Source: Actinomycetota bacterium
GTDB lineage: Bacteria; Actinomycetota; Humimicrobiia; Humimicrobiales; Humimicrobiaceae
Direction: 5' to 3'
Assembly (NCBI GenBank): GCA_051744345.1
Contig: JBNJCW010000005.1
Coordinates: 1-52,409 of the forward strand
Length of the DNA stretch: 52,409 nucleotides
The notes under the pieces were generated by a model that saw nothing but the letters and a program-made list of their open reading frames with translations, had not been told where the DNA came from and searched no databases. Positions within the stretch are counted from its first letter, which is position 1; the number at the start of each line of letters is the position of its first letter. The translations under genes were made by a program, and so were the position numbers. Shown here piece after piece: positions 7,932-17,890 of this stretch.

Positions 7932-10900
7932 CTATTTAGCTTCTGCCTTCTTCTTATAGTTTTCATACTTTGTCTTGGCATCAGCTTCTGCTTCCTTAAA
8001 CAGCTTATCCGCTATCTCGGGGAAGGTCTTGGTAAGCGATGCATACCTTACCTCGCCCATAAGGAAGTCGTTAAATGAAGCAGAAGGCTCTTTGGAATCC
8101 AGCACGAATGGATTTTTCCCTTCTTTTTTGAGCAGCGGGTTGTACCTGTAAAGGTGCCAGTATCCGGCGTCTACTGCCTCCTTCTCCCTGCCCTGGGTAT
8201 GGGACATTCCTGCCCTTATTCCGTGGTTTATGCAGGGTGCATAGGCTATTATAAGCGAAGGCCCCTTGTAGGCTTCAGCTTCACGTATTGCTTTCAGCGT
8301 CTGGTTCTTGTTTGCGCCCATGGCTATCTGGGCTACGTATACATACCCGTATGTGGTTGCCATAAGCCCCAGGTCCTTTTTGTTAACCTTTTTACCTGAA
8401 GCGGCAAATTTGGCCACTGCTCCCAGGGGAGTGGATTTGGAGGACTGCCCTCCTGTGTTTGAGTATACCTCGGTATCAAAGACAAACACATTGATATCTT
8501 CCCCTGAAGCAAGCACGTGATCAAGACCGCCGTAGCCTATGTCATAGGCCCAGCCGTCTCCTCCAAATACCCATATGGATTTCTTTATGAAGTAATCCTT
8601 TAGCTCCAGCAGCTGTTTCCTTATGCTGTCTGCTTCCTTGTCTTTGGTCTTATTGCCTAAAAGCTCTACCATCTGGGGATAAAGCTCCTTGGTTTTCTCT
8701 GCATCATCCTTGTTTTCCAGCCACTGGGTAAGCACATCTTCAAGCTGGCTGTCTATACTTTTCTGTACAAGCTCCCTGGCCAGGTCTTCAATCTTGGCCC
8801 TTATCTGGTTGTTGCCCAGGGCCATCCCGTAGCCGTATTCGGCATTATCCTCAAACAGGGAGTTGGCCCAGGCAGGACCCCTTCCTTCACTGTTGGTGGT
8901 ATAGGTGGTTGATGGTGCCGAGCCTCCCCATATTGAGGAGCAGCCGGTGGCATTGGCTATCATCATCCTATCTCCGTAAAGCTGGGTGATAAGCCTGGCG
9001 TATGCGGTTTCTCCGCAGCCGGCACAGGCGCCCGAAAACTCAAATAACGGCTGACTGAACTGGCAGCCCTTGAGGGTGGTAGGCTCCATAGCATCTTTGG
9101 GGGGAAGGCTTAGTGCGTATTCCCAGTTCTTTATTTCTCCCAGCTGGCTTTCAAGCGGCTTTAGCTCCAGAGCCTTTTCCTTGGCCGGGCAAACCTCAAC
9201 ACAGTTTCCGCAGCCTGTGCAGTCCAGCGGGCTTATCTGTATCTTGAATTTGTAATCCTTTATTTTCTTGCCTTTGCCGTCCAGCGTCTCGAAGCCCTCA
9301 GGTGCATTATTTGCTTCCTCCTCAGTCAAAAGAAACGCCCTGATGACTGCATGGGGGCAAACATATGCGCACTGGTTGCATTGTATGCAGTTTTCCTTAA
9401 TCCAGTGGGGGACCTCAACCGCTATGCCCCTCTTCTCATATGCTGCAGTGCCCGGAGGGAAGGTACCGTCTTCTCTGCCCAAGAATTTGCTTACGGGTAT
9501 ATTGTCGCCTTCCTGCCTGTTCATGGGAATAAGCATCTCTTTTATAAACTCTGGCACATCTTCCGGTGCTTTTACTTTTTCTTTTTTGGCATCCTTCCAG
9601 GAATCAGGAATGTCCACCTTAACCAGGTCCTGGATACCACGGTCTACAGCCCGGTAATTCATTTCTACTATGTTTTTGCCCTTCCGTCCGTATGTATCCT
9701 CAATTGCTTTCTTTAAAAGCTCCACGGCATGGTCTATCTCTATTACCTTGGCTATCTTGAAGAAAGCTGCCTGCATCACCATGTTGATCCTGTTTCCAAG
9801 GCCCATGTCCCTGGCTATATCAGTAGCATTGATTATATAGAAATCAATATTGTGCTCTGCCAGGTATTTTTTCATATCTGCAGGCAGCCTCTCTTCCAGC
9901 TCCTGTTTGTCCCACTGGCAGTTGAGAACAAATTTACCTCCGTCCTTTAATCCCTTGAGCAGGTCATACTGGCCTATGTATGTCTGGTTGTGGCAGGCAA
10001 TATAGTCAGCATTCTCTATAAGGTAGGTAGACTTTATGGGGTTCTTTCCGAACCTTAAGTGGGAGATGGTAAGCCCCCCTGATTTTTTGGAGTCGTACTG
10101 GAAGTAGCCCTGGGCATACATATCTGTATTGTCACCGATTATCTTAATGGCATTTTTATTGGCCCCTACTGTTCCGTCAGAGCCAAAACCCCAGAACTTG
10201 CACATTATGGTGCCTTCAGGCTCGGTTACTATATTATCTTCTATGGGAAGTGATTTATGGGTGACATCATCAATTATACCGATGGTAAAGCCGTCCTTGG
10301 GCTTATCCTGCTTTAGGTTCTCGAATACCGCCTTTATCTGTGAAGGAGTGGTATCCTTGGAGCCAAGGCCGTATCTTCCACCAACTATAACCGGCCTCCT
10401 ATCCATATTATAGAAAAGGGTTTTAACATCTTCATAAAGGGGCTCGCCGAGGGAGCCTGGTTCCTTGGTCCTGTCCAGGGTGGCAATCTTTTCTGCAGAT
10501 TCAGGCAGCGCCTCCATAAAATGCTTTGCTGAAAACGGCCTGTACAGGTGAACCTTTATGACTCCCACACTTTCGCCATTACTGTTTAGGTAATCCACAG
10601 TTTCCTCAATGGTATCAGTAACTGAGCCCATGGCCACAATTACATACCTGGCATCCGGGTCACCGTGGTAATTAAACGGCCTGTAATTCCTCCCGGTTAT
10701 CTTGCTTACCTGCTGCATATAGTCTGCTACGATATCCGGGACTTCCTGGTAGAACCTGTTGGCAGCTTCCCTGGACTGGAAAAATATGTCAGGGTTCTGT
10801 GCTGTTCCCCTGGTAACCGGATGCATGGGATTGAGTGCACGGTTCCTGAAATCTTTTACTGCTTGCAAGTCCACCATTTTTTTAAGGTCTTCATAATCCC

Positions 10901-11453
10901 ATACCTCTATTTTCTGCACTTCGTGGGAAGTCCTGAACCCGTCAAAGAAATGAAGGAAGGGAATTCTTGATTTTATGGCAGCAAGATGGGCAATAGCTCC
11001 CAAGTCCATTACCTCCTGGACCCCTCCTGAGGCCAGCAGGGCAAATCCTGTCTGCCGGGTAGTCATAACATCGGAGTGGTCACCGAATATGGACAGTGCA
11101 TGGGTGGCTACCGCTCTTGCGCTTACATGAAAAACGCCGGGCAAGAGCTCTCCGGATATCTTATACATATTGGGTATCATCAACAGCAGCCCCTGGGAGG
11201 CGGTGAAAGTAGAAGTCAGCGCTCCTGCCTGAAGGGAGCCATGCACAGAACCAGATGCACCTCCTTCTGACTGAAGTTCTACTACACTTACCTCCTGGCC
11301 GAAAATATTTTTCTGGCCGTAAGCAGCCCATTCATCGATATTTTCTGCCATCGACGAGGATGGAGTAATGGGATAAATTGCAGCCACATCGGTGAATGCG
11401 TAGGCTACATGTGAAGCCGCGGTGTTTCCATCCATGGTTTTCATTTTTTTCAT
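7932..11453 (-). CDS. nifJ: Pyruvate:ferredoxin (flavodoxin) oxidoreductase, single chain
   Basis: YPITPSS, two CxxCxxCxxxCP ferredoxin motifs, FSGACAGCGE, TPP motif GGDGWAYDIG. Confidence 0.97.
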   Translation of the reverse strand: MKKMKTMDGNTAASHVAYAFTDVAAIYPITPSSSMAENIDEWAAYGQKNIFGQEVSVVELQSEGGASGSVHGSLQAGALTSTFTASQGLLLMIPNMYKISGELLPGVFHVSARAVATHALSIFGDHSDVMTTRQTGFALLASGGVQEVMDLGAIAHLAAIKSRIPFLHFFDGFRTSHEVQKIEVWDYEDLKKMVDLQAVKDFRNRALNPMHPVTRGTAQNPDIFFQSREAANRFYQEVPDIVADYMQQVSKITGRNYRPFNYHGDPDARYVIVAMGSVTDTIEETVDYLNSNGESVGVIKVHLYRPFSAKHFMEALPESAEKIATLDRTKEPGSLGEPLYEDVKTLFYNMDRRPVIVGGRYGLGSKDTTPSQIKAVFENLKQDKPKDGFTIGIIDDVTHKSLPIEDNIVTEPEGTIMCKFWGFGSDGTVGANKNAIKIIGDNTDMYAQGYFQYDSKKSGGLTISHLRFGKNPIKSTYLIENADYIACHNQTYIGQYDLLKGLKDGGKFVLNCQWDKQELEERLPADMKKYLAEHNIDFYIINATDIARDMGLGNRINMVMQAAFFKIAKVIEIDHAVELLKKAIEDTYGRKGKNIVEMNYRAVDRGIQDLVKVDIPDSWKDAKKEKVKAPEDVPEFIKEMLIPMNRQEGDNIPVSKFLGREDGTFPPGTAAYEKRGIAVEVPHWIKENCIQCNQCAYVCPHAVIRAFLLTEEEANNAPEGFETLDGKGKKIKDYKFKIQISPLDCTGCGNCVEVCPAKEKALELKPLESQLGEIKNWEYALSLPPKDAMEPTTLKGCQFSQPLFEFSGACAGCGETAYARLITQLYGDRMMIANATGCSSIWGGSAPSTTYTTNSEGRGPAWANSLFEDNAEYGYGMALGNNQIRAKIEDLARELVQKSIDSQLEDVLTQWLENKDDAEKTKELYPQMVELLGNKTKDKEADSIRKQLLELKDYFIKKSIWVFGGDGWAYDIGYGGLDHVLASGEDINVFVFDTEVYSNTGGQSSKSTPLGAVAKFAASGKKVNKKDLGLMATTYGYVYVAQIAMGANKNQTLKAIREAEAYKGPSLIIAYAPCINHGIRAGMSHTQGREKEAVDAGYWHLYRYNPLLKKEGKNPFVLDSKEPSASFNDFLMGEVRYASLTKTFPEIADKLFKEAEADAKTKYENYKKKAEAK

Positions 11454-11479
11454 AGTTTCTCTACTCCTTTTAGATATAA

Positions 11480-12490
11480 TTATCTTGTGTAATCTCTCAT
11501 AATTGGTTCCTTGTTTAAAAGTATATCAACATACTGTGCTCTCTGATAAATGAAGGGGCTTGATATGCTGTCCCTGGACAGCTTGCCCCTGAAATCATCC
11601 AATGTTTTGTAGCTTTTTGTCTCCATCCATTCATTTAGCTCATTCAGCATATTCTCTATATGGCTTATCTTGTTTCTGTACAGCGTGCTCACGCACTGTA
11701 CAGCCCTGGCTCCCGCCAGTATCATTTTAGCTACATCTTTACCATTGAAGATTCCGGTACTGCTGCAGATATCAGCATTAATCTGTTTATACAGAAGCCC
11801 GGCAAACCTTAAGGGCAGCCGGTAATCGCCAGTACTGCTTAAGAAAAAGGGGCTTGTGTGCTCCTGGCTGCCAACATCTATGTCCGGCTGGAACAGGCGG
11901 TTAAAAATTACAAAAGCGTCTGCGCCCAGCCCGTCCATGGTCTTGATGACATTTACGGGGTTGGTGTAAAAGAAACTGAGCTTTACACTTACCGGAACAG
12001 ATAAATTCTCCTTAACCTTTTTTATAATCTCATAATGCCCGTTCTTTATGGAGGTGCCCTCTTTCTGGATATCATAGGGTACCGAATAGAGGTTAAGCTC
12101 TATTGCGTCCACTCCTGTCTGCTCAATCTTCTTGGCGTATTCGACCCAGACGTCCGGGTTTATGCAGTTTAAGCTGCCGATCAATGGTATGGATATGGCC
12201 TCCCTTATTTTCTTCAGCTGGTAAAGATGCTCTTTCGGGCCGGCATGGTGGATATTGGGAAAAACATCTATCATCTCTGCATGCCTCTCATCGTATTCTT
12301 CTGCTTCATCTTTTAACTGCAGCTCTTCAAGCTCTATCTGCTCTTCAAAAAGGGAACGGTAAACAACAGCCCCTGCTCCTGCTTCTTCCATCCTTTTTAT
12401 GTTATCCACATTTTTCATCAGGTTATTTGCGCCTACTATGATAGGATTTTTAAGCTGTATGCCCATATAGCTTGTATTTAATTCTGCCAT
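11480..12490 (-). CDS. Dihydroorotate dehydrogenase-like flavoprotein
   Basis: YMGIQLKNPII, SLFEEQI, IELNLY, VFNRLFQPD-like segment; co-oriented with nifJ, 26 bp gap. Confidence 0.85.
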   Translation of the reverse strand: MAELNTSYMGIQLKNPIIVGANNLMKNVDNIKRMEEAGAGAVVYRSLFEEQIELEELQLKDEAEEYDERHAEMIDVFPNIHHAGPKEHLYQLKKIREAISIPLIGSLNCINPDVWVEYAKKIEQTGVDAIELNLYSVPYDIQKEGTSIKNGHYEIIKKVKENLSVPVSVKLSFFYTNPVNVIKTMDGLGADAFVIFNRLFQPDIDVGSQEHTSPFFLSSTGDYRLPLRFAGLLYKQINADICSSTGIFNGKDVAKMILAGARAVQCVSTLYRNKISHIENMLNELNEWMETKSYKTLDDFRGKLSRDSISSPFIYQRAQYVDILLNKEPIMRDYTR

Positions 12491-12596
12491 GGAAACCTCC
12501 TGGTTTTAAAAGCAATTAAACCTTATTTTAGCACTATTGACCCTCGGATAGCAGTAGATTTTTATTAGCTCCCGGTTAAGGGCAAATCATCCTATA

Positions 12597-12965
12597 TTAC
12601 CATATTTTTCTCTTTACGATAAGGTCAAATCCGGAGGATATAACCGGTATTGATATAAAAGGAAGGCCCTGGCTTAAAAAATATTGCCTAAAACTTTCCT
12701 GCCCGGCAGCAAAAAGCCAGTCCAGCAGAAGGCATACCCCAAGCCACAACAGGCCTGCCAGAAGCCCTTCTCCGGCAAAACCGCTGAAGATTTTACGGAA
12801 GTATAAAACCAGGAAGAATACGGTTGATACCACCAGGGAAAGAAATATCAAGCTTTTAAAAACAAAAGGATCAGACTGGCTCAAGGGTTCCAAAAGCAGG
12901 GATAATGCAAAAGGGACAATCCAGACTAAAAGGCCGAAAAATAATATGATAGAAAATTTTTTCAT
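12597..12965 (-). CDS. Small 4-TM membrane protein, unknown function
   Basis: 122 aa, four hydrophobic segments. Confidence 0.7.
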   Translation of the reverse strand: MKKFSIILFFGLLVWIVPFALSLLLEPLSQSDPFVFKSLIFLSLVVSTVFFLVLYFRKIFSGFAGEGLLAGLLWLGVCLLLDWLFAAGQESFRQYFLSQGLPFISIPVISSGFDLIVKRKIW

Positions 12966-13196
12966 TAATAATTTTTTTGTATTATTTTAATATATTAAAT
13001 AACATCGGGCTATTAAAATCAACACTTTGGGCTAAATGAATGCGCCCATACTGCTCTCTGCCGTATTTTTTAGCATTAATTTGACAAAATAATAGCTTAT
13101 GGACTGTTTATGGGCTAAACTAATTGACAACAGTTTCAGTGTTTTTATATATTTAGAACAGGGTAACATTTATTTACTGCCTGCATAGGACCTGCT

Positions 13197-14390
13197 ATGG
13201 GTAAGTATTCGAGAAAATGGAATATAGACTTCCAGAAGGCGTTAAAAGAGGCTTGGGGGTCATTTGCCATACAGGGTCAGATGGCAGCTGCCCTTCCGGA
13301 AATTCTTCCCAAACTCATCCAGACAGACCTGCATTCCCTGGCTGCCAACTTCGGAATAGATCAGCCTTCAGAATTAAAGGAGGAGGAAATAATTGCCAGG
13401 CTGCTCAAACTTATGGCAGAGGAGGAAAAGATAGCTGAAATACTTACTATAGCAAGAGATTATGAGTTTGGCCTTTTTCTAAAGCTTCTGGATATGGACT
13501 GGATGGAGATAGATGATATGCCTTATGAAAGCTATGCATACCTTATGGAGTATGGGGTAATATTTTCTTTCTACTACCGGCAAAAGCGCTACCTCCTGGT
13601 GTGCGAGGAGATTAAGGGTATATACGGAAATATCAATAAGCCCTGGTTCAGGAGCCGGAGGAAAAGGTATCAGCTGGTCTATAAATACATAAAGGGATTG
13701 TGCATCCTTTATGGCGCATTTGAGCCCAAGCAGTTTATAAACATATTTAACCGATTTAACCGCCAACGTATAAGCCTGACTGAGTTCAGAAAGATTTGCA
13801 GCCGTCTTTATTCCAGGCCCCAGGATTTTCTTATGCATGGCGAATACGCCCTGGAAAAATATTTCATGCATACAGGTTATCAGGAGCTGGAGGACTTTGT
13901 AGAGATGGTAGAGGAAAAGCCCTATTATTATATGCCTGGAAAAGAAGAAGAGATTCTAAACAGAGCAGATTCCCTGTATTTTGAAATGACTCCCCAGCTT
14001 ACCGCTCTAAGGGATTATATTTTAAAGAAAATGGTAAGGGATGAAAAAATTGCAGATTCCCTTATAGGGGATATCGATTTTCTTAGTTATGCGGAGATGC
14101 CTTTCTGCAGGCTTATATACGAGTTTAAAAGGCATGGTATACTGTTTGAAAGCACCAAACAGCTAAAAATTATCATGTCACTTTTGGCAGATGTTTATAA
14201 TAATACAAGGACCTGGAGCAAAAGGGGTTATACGGCAACAGAAATGAATGAAACCCTTAAAAAAGGGGTTTCCCTGGCTACCCCTATCCCCATTGAAAAA
14301 CTGGAAGATGGGATTTTTAAAAAGGTGGGGAGGAACCAGCCCTGCCCCTGCGGCAGCGGCAAAAAATACAAAAAGTGCTGCGGCAGGTAG
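13197..14390 (+). CDS. SEC-C metal-binding motif protein
   Basis: C-terminal [20 protein letters not shown]; [12 protein letters not shown] motif before it. Confidence 0.85.
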   Translation: MGKYSRKWNIDFQKALKEAWGSFAIQGQMAAALPEILPKLIQTDLHSLAANFGIDQPSELKEEEIIARLLKLMAEEEKIAEILTIARDYEFGLFLKLLDMDWMEIDDMPYESYAYLMEYGVIFSFYYRQKRYLLVCEEIKGIYGNINKPWFRSRRKRYQLVYKYIKGLCILYGAFEPKQFINIFNRFNRQRISLTEFRKICSRLYSRPQDFLMHGEYALEKYFMHTGYQELEDFVEMVEEKPYYYMPGKEEEILNRADSLYFEMTPQLTALRDYILKKMVRDEKIADSLIGDIDFLSYAEMPFCRLIYEFKRHGILFESTKQLKIIMSLLADVYNNTRTWSKRGYTATEMNETLKKGVSLATPIPIEKLEDGIFKKVGRNQPCPCGSGKKYKKCCGR

Positions 14391-14393
14391 ATA

Positions 14394-14726
14394 TTATGAA
14401 GCTTTAAGCCTTGCAGCATAATTGAAAGGATGAAAGTAGTTGTGCCAGGACTTCTGGGTGGAGCCGTAGTCATTATCATAAACAAAATAGTCCACCAGGG
14501 CTTCTCTTAGCCTGAGAAGCTCCCTTAGCCTGTGTTTTTGCTCTATTGCCTCTATCGTAAAATCCAATAACTCTAGAGCCCTTTCCAGGGCCAGAAGTGA
14601 ATACTTTTTATTACCTTTGGCCCGCCAGCTTAAAGCCCTTTCAACCTCACTGCCGGTATTGGCCATCTGTTCAAATAAGGTTAATTGATGCCACCTGTCT
14701 TTTAAATTTTTATGATAGACTTCCAC
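14394..14726 (-). CDS. Helical hypothetical protein coupled to DUF5674
   Basis: 110 aa; EQMANTGSEVERA...ERALELLDFT...RELLRLRE; overlaps the upstream gene by 17 bp. Confidence 0.75.
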   Translation of the reverse strand: MEVYHKNLKDRWHQLTLFEQMANTGSEVERALSWRAKGNKKYSLLALERALELLDFTIEAIEQKHRLRELLRLREALVDYFVYDNDYGSTQKSWHNYFHPFNYAARLKAS

Positions 14727-15060
14727 CTATTAATTTATTTGTTATGCTGATAATTTTCTGGCGTATGTCTGGATTATCTACGCTTCTTGTTCTATTGCCC
14801 TGCCGGGGTTTCAAGTTTATCATAGAGTCGAATTCAATCCTTTCTGTTTCCGGAAGCTCCGGGTAGATATTGATCCCCCACAGGTTTGCCTGTTTGGAGC
14901 CGTTTTCAAGTAGCAGCGCTTCCTCATCTGATTGTAGTTCTCCGTCAACAACCATTATTTCTTTTTCTGTATCCACTACCGCCTTAACCATGTTTCCAAA
15001 CATGCTTTGGGCCATATCATTTAGTTTATTAATGTCAATCTGGCTTTTAACTATTTCCAT
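14710..15060 (-). CDS. DUF5674 family protein
   Basis: VKAVVD...LLENGSKQANLWGINIYP...IEFDSMINLKPRQGNRTR matches the family as I recall it. Confidence 0.75.
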   Translation of the reverse strand: MEIVKSQIDINKLNDMAQSMFGNMVKAVVDTEKEIMVVDGELQSDEEALLLENGSKQANLWGINIYPELPETERIEFDSMINLKPRQGNRTRSVDNPDIRQKIISITNKLIGGSLS

Positions 15061-15180
15061 ATGCTGGTTATTTTAGCATTTTAATAATAATTTGGAAAAA
15101 AGTATTGATTTTGTCTATTTTGTTTATGCTATTATTTTTCCAGTGTAGTTTAGAGAACTTGTAGCTTTTGGAGCTTGCCA

Positions 15181-15503
15181 ATGGGAATAATTGAGAATGC
15201 TTACAAGAGAAAAATTAAGGTGCGCAATAAAAGAATCAAAGATACGTTCAGGGAAGCTGAACATATTTCAAGTATTTTAACTACAAAATTAGCTAAAGAA
15301 GTAATACTTTTTGGCAGCCTGTTTGGATGATAACAATTTGGTGAGGCATCAGATACAGACCTGGCGGCCAAAGTTCTGGGAAATAATTACCTTAAAACTT
15401 ATTGCCTGATGATGAGTGATTTGATCTTGGCATAAAACCATACGAGGTCATGCCTCCTGAATTTAGGCAAGCGGTTGACAGGGATGGTGTTAAAATAGGT
15501 TGA
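15181..15503 (+). pseudogene. Minimal nucleotidyltransferase (MntA-type antitoxin) pseudogene
   Basis: Hand translation from ATG 15181: ...KEVILFGSLFG**QFGEASDTDLA...; stops at 15328-15333, frameshift near 15420, ends AVDRDGVKIG* at 15503. Confidence 0.8.
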
Positions 15504-15929
15504 TGGGAAAAACCTGAAAAAAAATCAGTTTTGCAAAAGAGGAGTTGAAAAAAATAGAGAAACTGGTTGAGAAGTTAGCTGAATGCAAAGGGGCAACCCA
15601 TATTCTAAGAAGGACCAGAGGCTCCATACTGCAGGATTTTTATAATGCCTGTGAACGGATCTTTGAAACTGCTGCCCTGGAGATAGATGGGGGGACTTTG
15701 CAGATGGCTGCTTAACCGTATGACAGTAGGAATTGAGGGTGTAAGGCCGCCGGTAATCTCTAAAAAAAATTGCCGCTGAACTTGACAGATATCTTACATT
15801 CAGGCATCTTTTTAAGAAATATTTGCGGATTTTAAATTTGAAAAGTGATTAAACATACCGGTAGAAAAACTACCTGCTGCAGTAGATTTATTTTCTGAAG
15901 AGATCAATAGATTTTTAAAAAGAACCTAA
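15503..15929 (+). pseudogene. HEPN (HepT-like) RNase toxin pseudogene
   Basis: TGATG overlap with MNT; fragments GSILQDFYNACERIFETAALEIDGG, LLNRMTVGIEGVRPPVISK, ELDRYLTFRHLF in shifting frames. Confidence 0.8.
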
Positions 15930-15930
15930 T

Positions 15931-16443
15931 TCAGGGGAGCTCTATCTGCCCGGGATCAGCATCTGACCTGGATACCGCCCAGTCATCAGGGGTTGCAGTA
16001 AACTGTTTGGCTATTTTTTTGATGGGCATCTTAAGATACCTGCCTTCTCCGGTGGCAGCAATTTCTCCGCCGGGAAGGATAATCTCTCCGCTTCCTTCAA
16101 AAAACCGCTTATTTTCCCCAGTGAGCCTGGTAAAAGCTTTTAACTCCTTACCCAGCGGTATTGGTTTTTTAAACTTTATGTTAAATTCCAGGGTCACTCC
16201 CCACAGCTGCTCATCCCTTCCCATGTTAATATTCCTGCCGATGGCCTCATCAAGCACTGCGGCAGCTATACCGCCATGGAGCCTTTCGGGATAACCCTGG
16301 TGCTGCTGCCCTGGTTTGAAGATGGTTATAAGTTCTCCCTTGTCTGTCTCATAAAAGGAGGCCTTAAGCCCGAAGCGGTTTTTAAGGCCGCATACAAAAC
16401 ACATCTTTGAGTTTTCCTGTTTGGCTGTTACCTTATAGATCAC
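15931..16443 (-). CDS. PaaI/hotdog-fold thioesterase
   Basis: CFVCGLKNRFGL, HQGYPERLHGGIAAAVLDE; GTG start with AGGAGG. Confidence 0.9.
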   Translation of the reverse strand: MIYKVTAKQENSKMCFVCGLKNRFGLKASFYETDKGELITIFKPGQQHQGYPERLHGGIAAAVLDEAIGRNINMGRDEQLWGVTLEFNIKFKKPIPLGKELKAFTRLTGENKRFFEGSGEIILPGGEIAATGEGRYLKMPIKKIAKQFTATPDDWAVSRSDADPGQIELP

Positions 16444-16517
16444 CTTTCCTCCTTTTGTTTTTTATAAGGTTTTAACATCATATACAAAAATAAAATTATT
16501 GCCATCCATTTAGTTCC

Positions 16518-16934
16518 GCTAACATTATTGTATCATTATTTTAGATGTTGTATTAAAAAGGAAAGCATGTTGTTTTTTTAGCGCTAAACTCTGGTCTCTA
16601 ATAGCAGAAAAAAAATCAAAGGCTACCATTTCTGCAGATACTCTAAATAACCTACACTGCATACTTGCGAGGAGGGGCTTGGGTTAAATGTGGCAAAAGA
16701 AGCAAAAGGTAAGATTCTTGAAAAATTTAAATTAATTACTTCAACCAGGAAAGTCTTGAAGCTATCCAGTATAGCCGAACACAGGGATTTAAGAGGATTC
16801 CATACAGTATATTTCTGTTATGGGTGCCAATTGTAATTATATTATTGCCGGAATAAACAGGTTATTTTACATATACCGGTATTAATATAATCAGGCCCGG
16901 AGAGTTTATTTTAATGCTGGGAATAACCGTTTGA
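16518..16934 (+). pseudogene. PIN-domain toxin pseudogene
   Basis: Fragments ILDVVLKR...SAKLWSLIAEKKIKGY / ISADTLNNLHCIL / EDSIQYISVMGANCNYII / NKQ...IIRPGEFI with several frameshifts. Confidence 0.75.
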
Positions 16935-17037
16935 GGTTTTAAAAATTAAGGTTCAAATTTACTACTAAATTAATAAAGTATCTAAAAAATTTTTATGGTA
17001 TTATATATTAAAGCTAACAAATATAACGGGGTAAAAA

Positions 17038-17877
17038 ATGATTGGGAAAAAAGAAGAAATTTCTTTTAGCGGAGGCAATATACCTGTACTTATGGTTGAG
17101 GGAAAGACACTGCCCGAAGCCTGGGAAAAATCCCTGACAGAAGTCTGGGAAAAGGGTGTTTCCATAAAGACCCAGTATGATAGGCCAAATGATCCCCCCA
17201 GCAGGGACTCCACCATGGTAATGGCGGTGGAGGAGCCGTTCACCGAGCCAAGGATTCACCGGGCACTTCCTACCGGTCTGGATGAGCTGGAAATTTACAG
17301 GCAGGAAGTCGTGCTGGGCATACATGACAGCTGGATAGGCAAGCATGGCTGGTCCTACAGCTACCATGACCGCCTGTTTAATTACCAGACATCCGATGGA
17401 TATCTTGACCAGGTATCTGCGGCTGTAGACAACCTGGTTGACTGTTTTTATACCCGGAGGGCACAGGCCATAACCTGGGTACCTGAACTGGACTCAAGGC
17501 ATCATGAGCCGCCCTGCCTGCAGAGGATATGGTTAAGGATACTTGAGGATCCCCAGAAAGGCCTTATGCTTAACATGAACACACACTGGCGGTCCCGGGA
17601 TGCCTACAAGGCTGCGTTTATGAATATTTTTGCCCTGACCGATCTTCAGAGGGCTATAGCCGGGCAGGTTTCGGAAAAAATTGGCTTGGAGGTAAAGGTA
17701 GGCAGGTACGTGGATATGGCTGACAGCTATCACATTTACGGCTCTTATTTTGACCAGTTTAAGGGATTTCTGGAAACCATGGAGAAGAAGTCTTTTGAAC
17801 AGAGGACATTTACCACTTCTTTTGCCCGGCCTTTCTTTGAGGAAGCAGCCAAGAAAATTGCCGAGGAGCAGGGTTAA
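17038..17877 (+). CDS. thyA: Thymidylate synthase (ThyA superfamily, archaeal-like form)
   Basis: YSYHDRL, TRRAQAITW, catalytic PPCLQ, RSRD, MN (dUMP-specifying Asn position), SYHIY. Confidence 0.8.
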   Translation: MIGKKEEISFSGGNIPVLMVEGKTLPEAWEKSLTEVWEKGVSIKTQYDRPNDPPSRDSTMVMAVEEPFTEPRIHRALPTGLDELEIYRQEVVLGIHDSWIGKHGWSYSYHDRLFNYQTSDGYLDQVSAAVDNLVDCFYTRRAQAITWVPELDSRHHEPPCLQRIWLRILEDPQKGLMLNMNTHWRSRDAYKAAFMNIFALTDLQRAIAGQVSEKIGLEVKVGRYVDMADSYHIYGSYFDQFKGFLETMEKKSFEQRTFTTSFARPFFEEAAKKIAEEQG

Positions 17878-17890
17878 AAAATAGGGAAAA

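Noticed and set aside
13010-13120. Three GGGCTA(A/T) copies in the intergenic region
   Set aside because: Too short and irregularly spaced to call a repeat array or operator.
15328-15333. In-frame TGA as selenocysteine or alternative genetic code
   Set aside because: Followed at once by TAA and later frameshifts; TGA is a normal stop in intact genes here.
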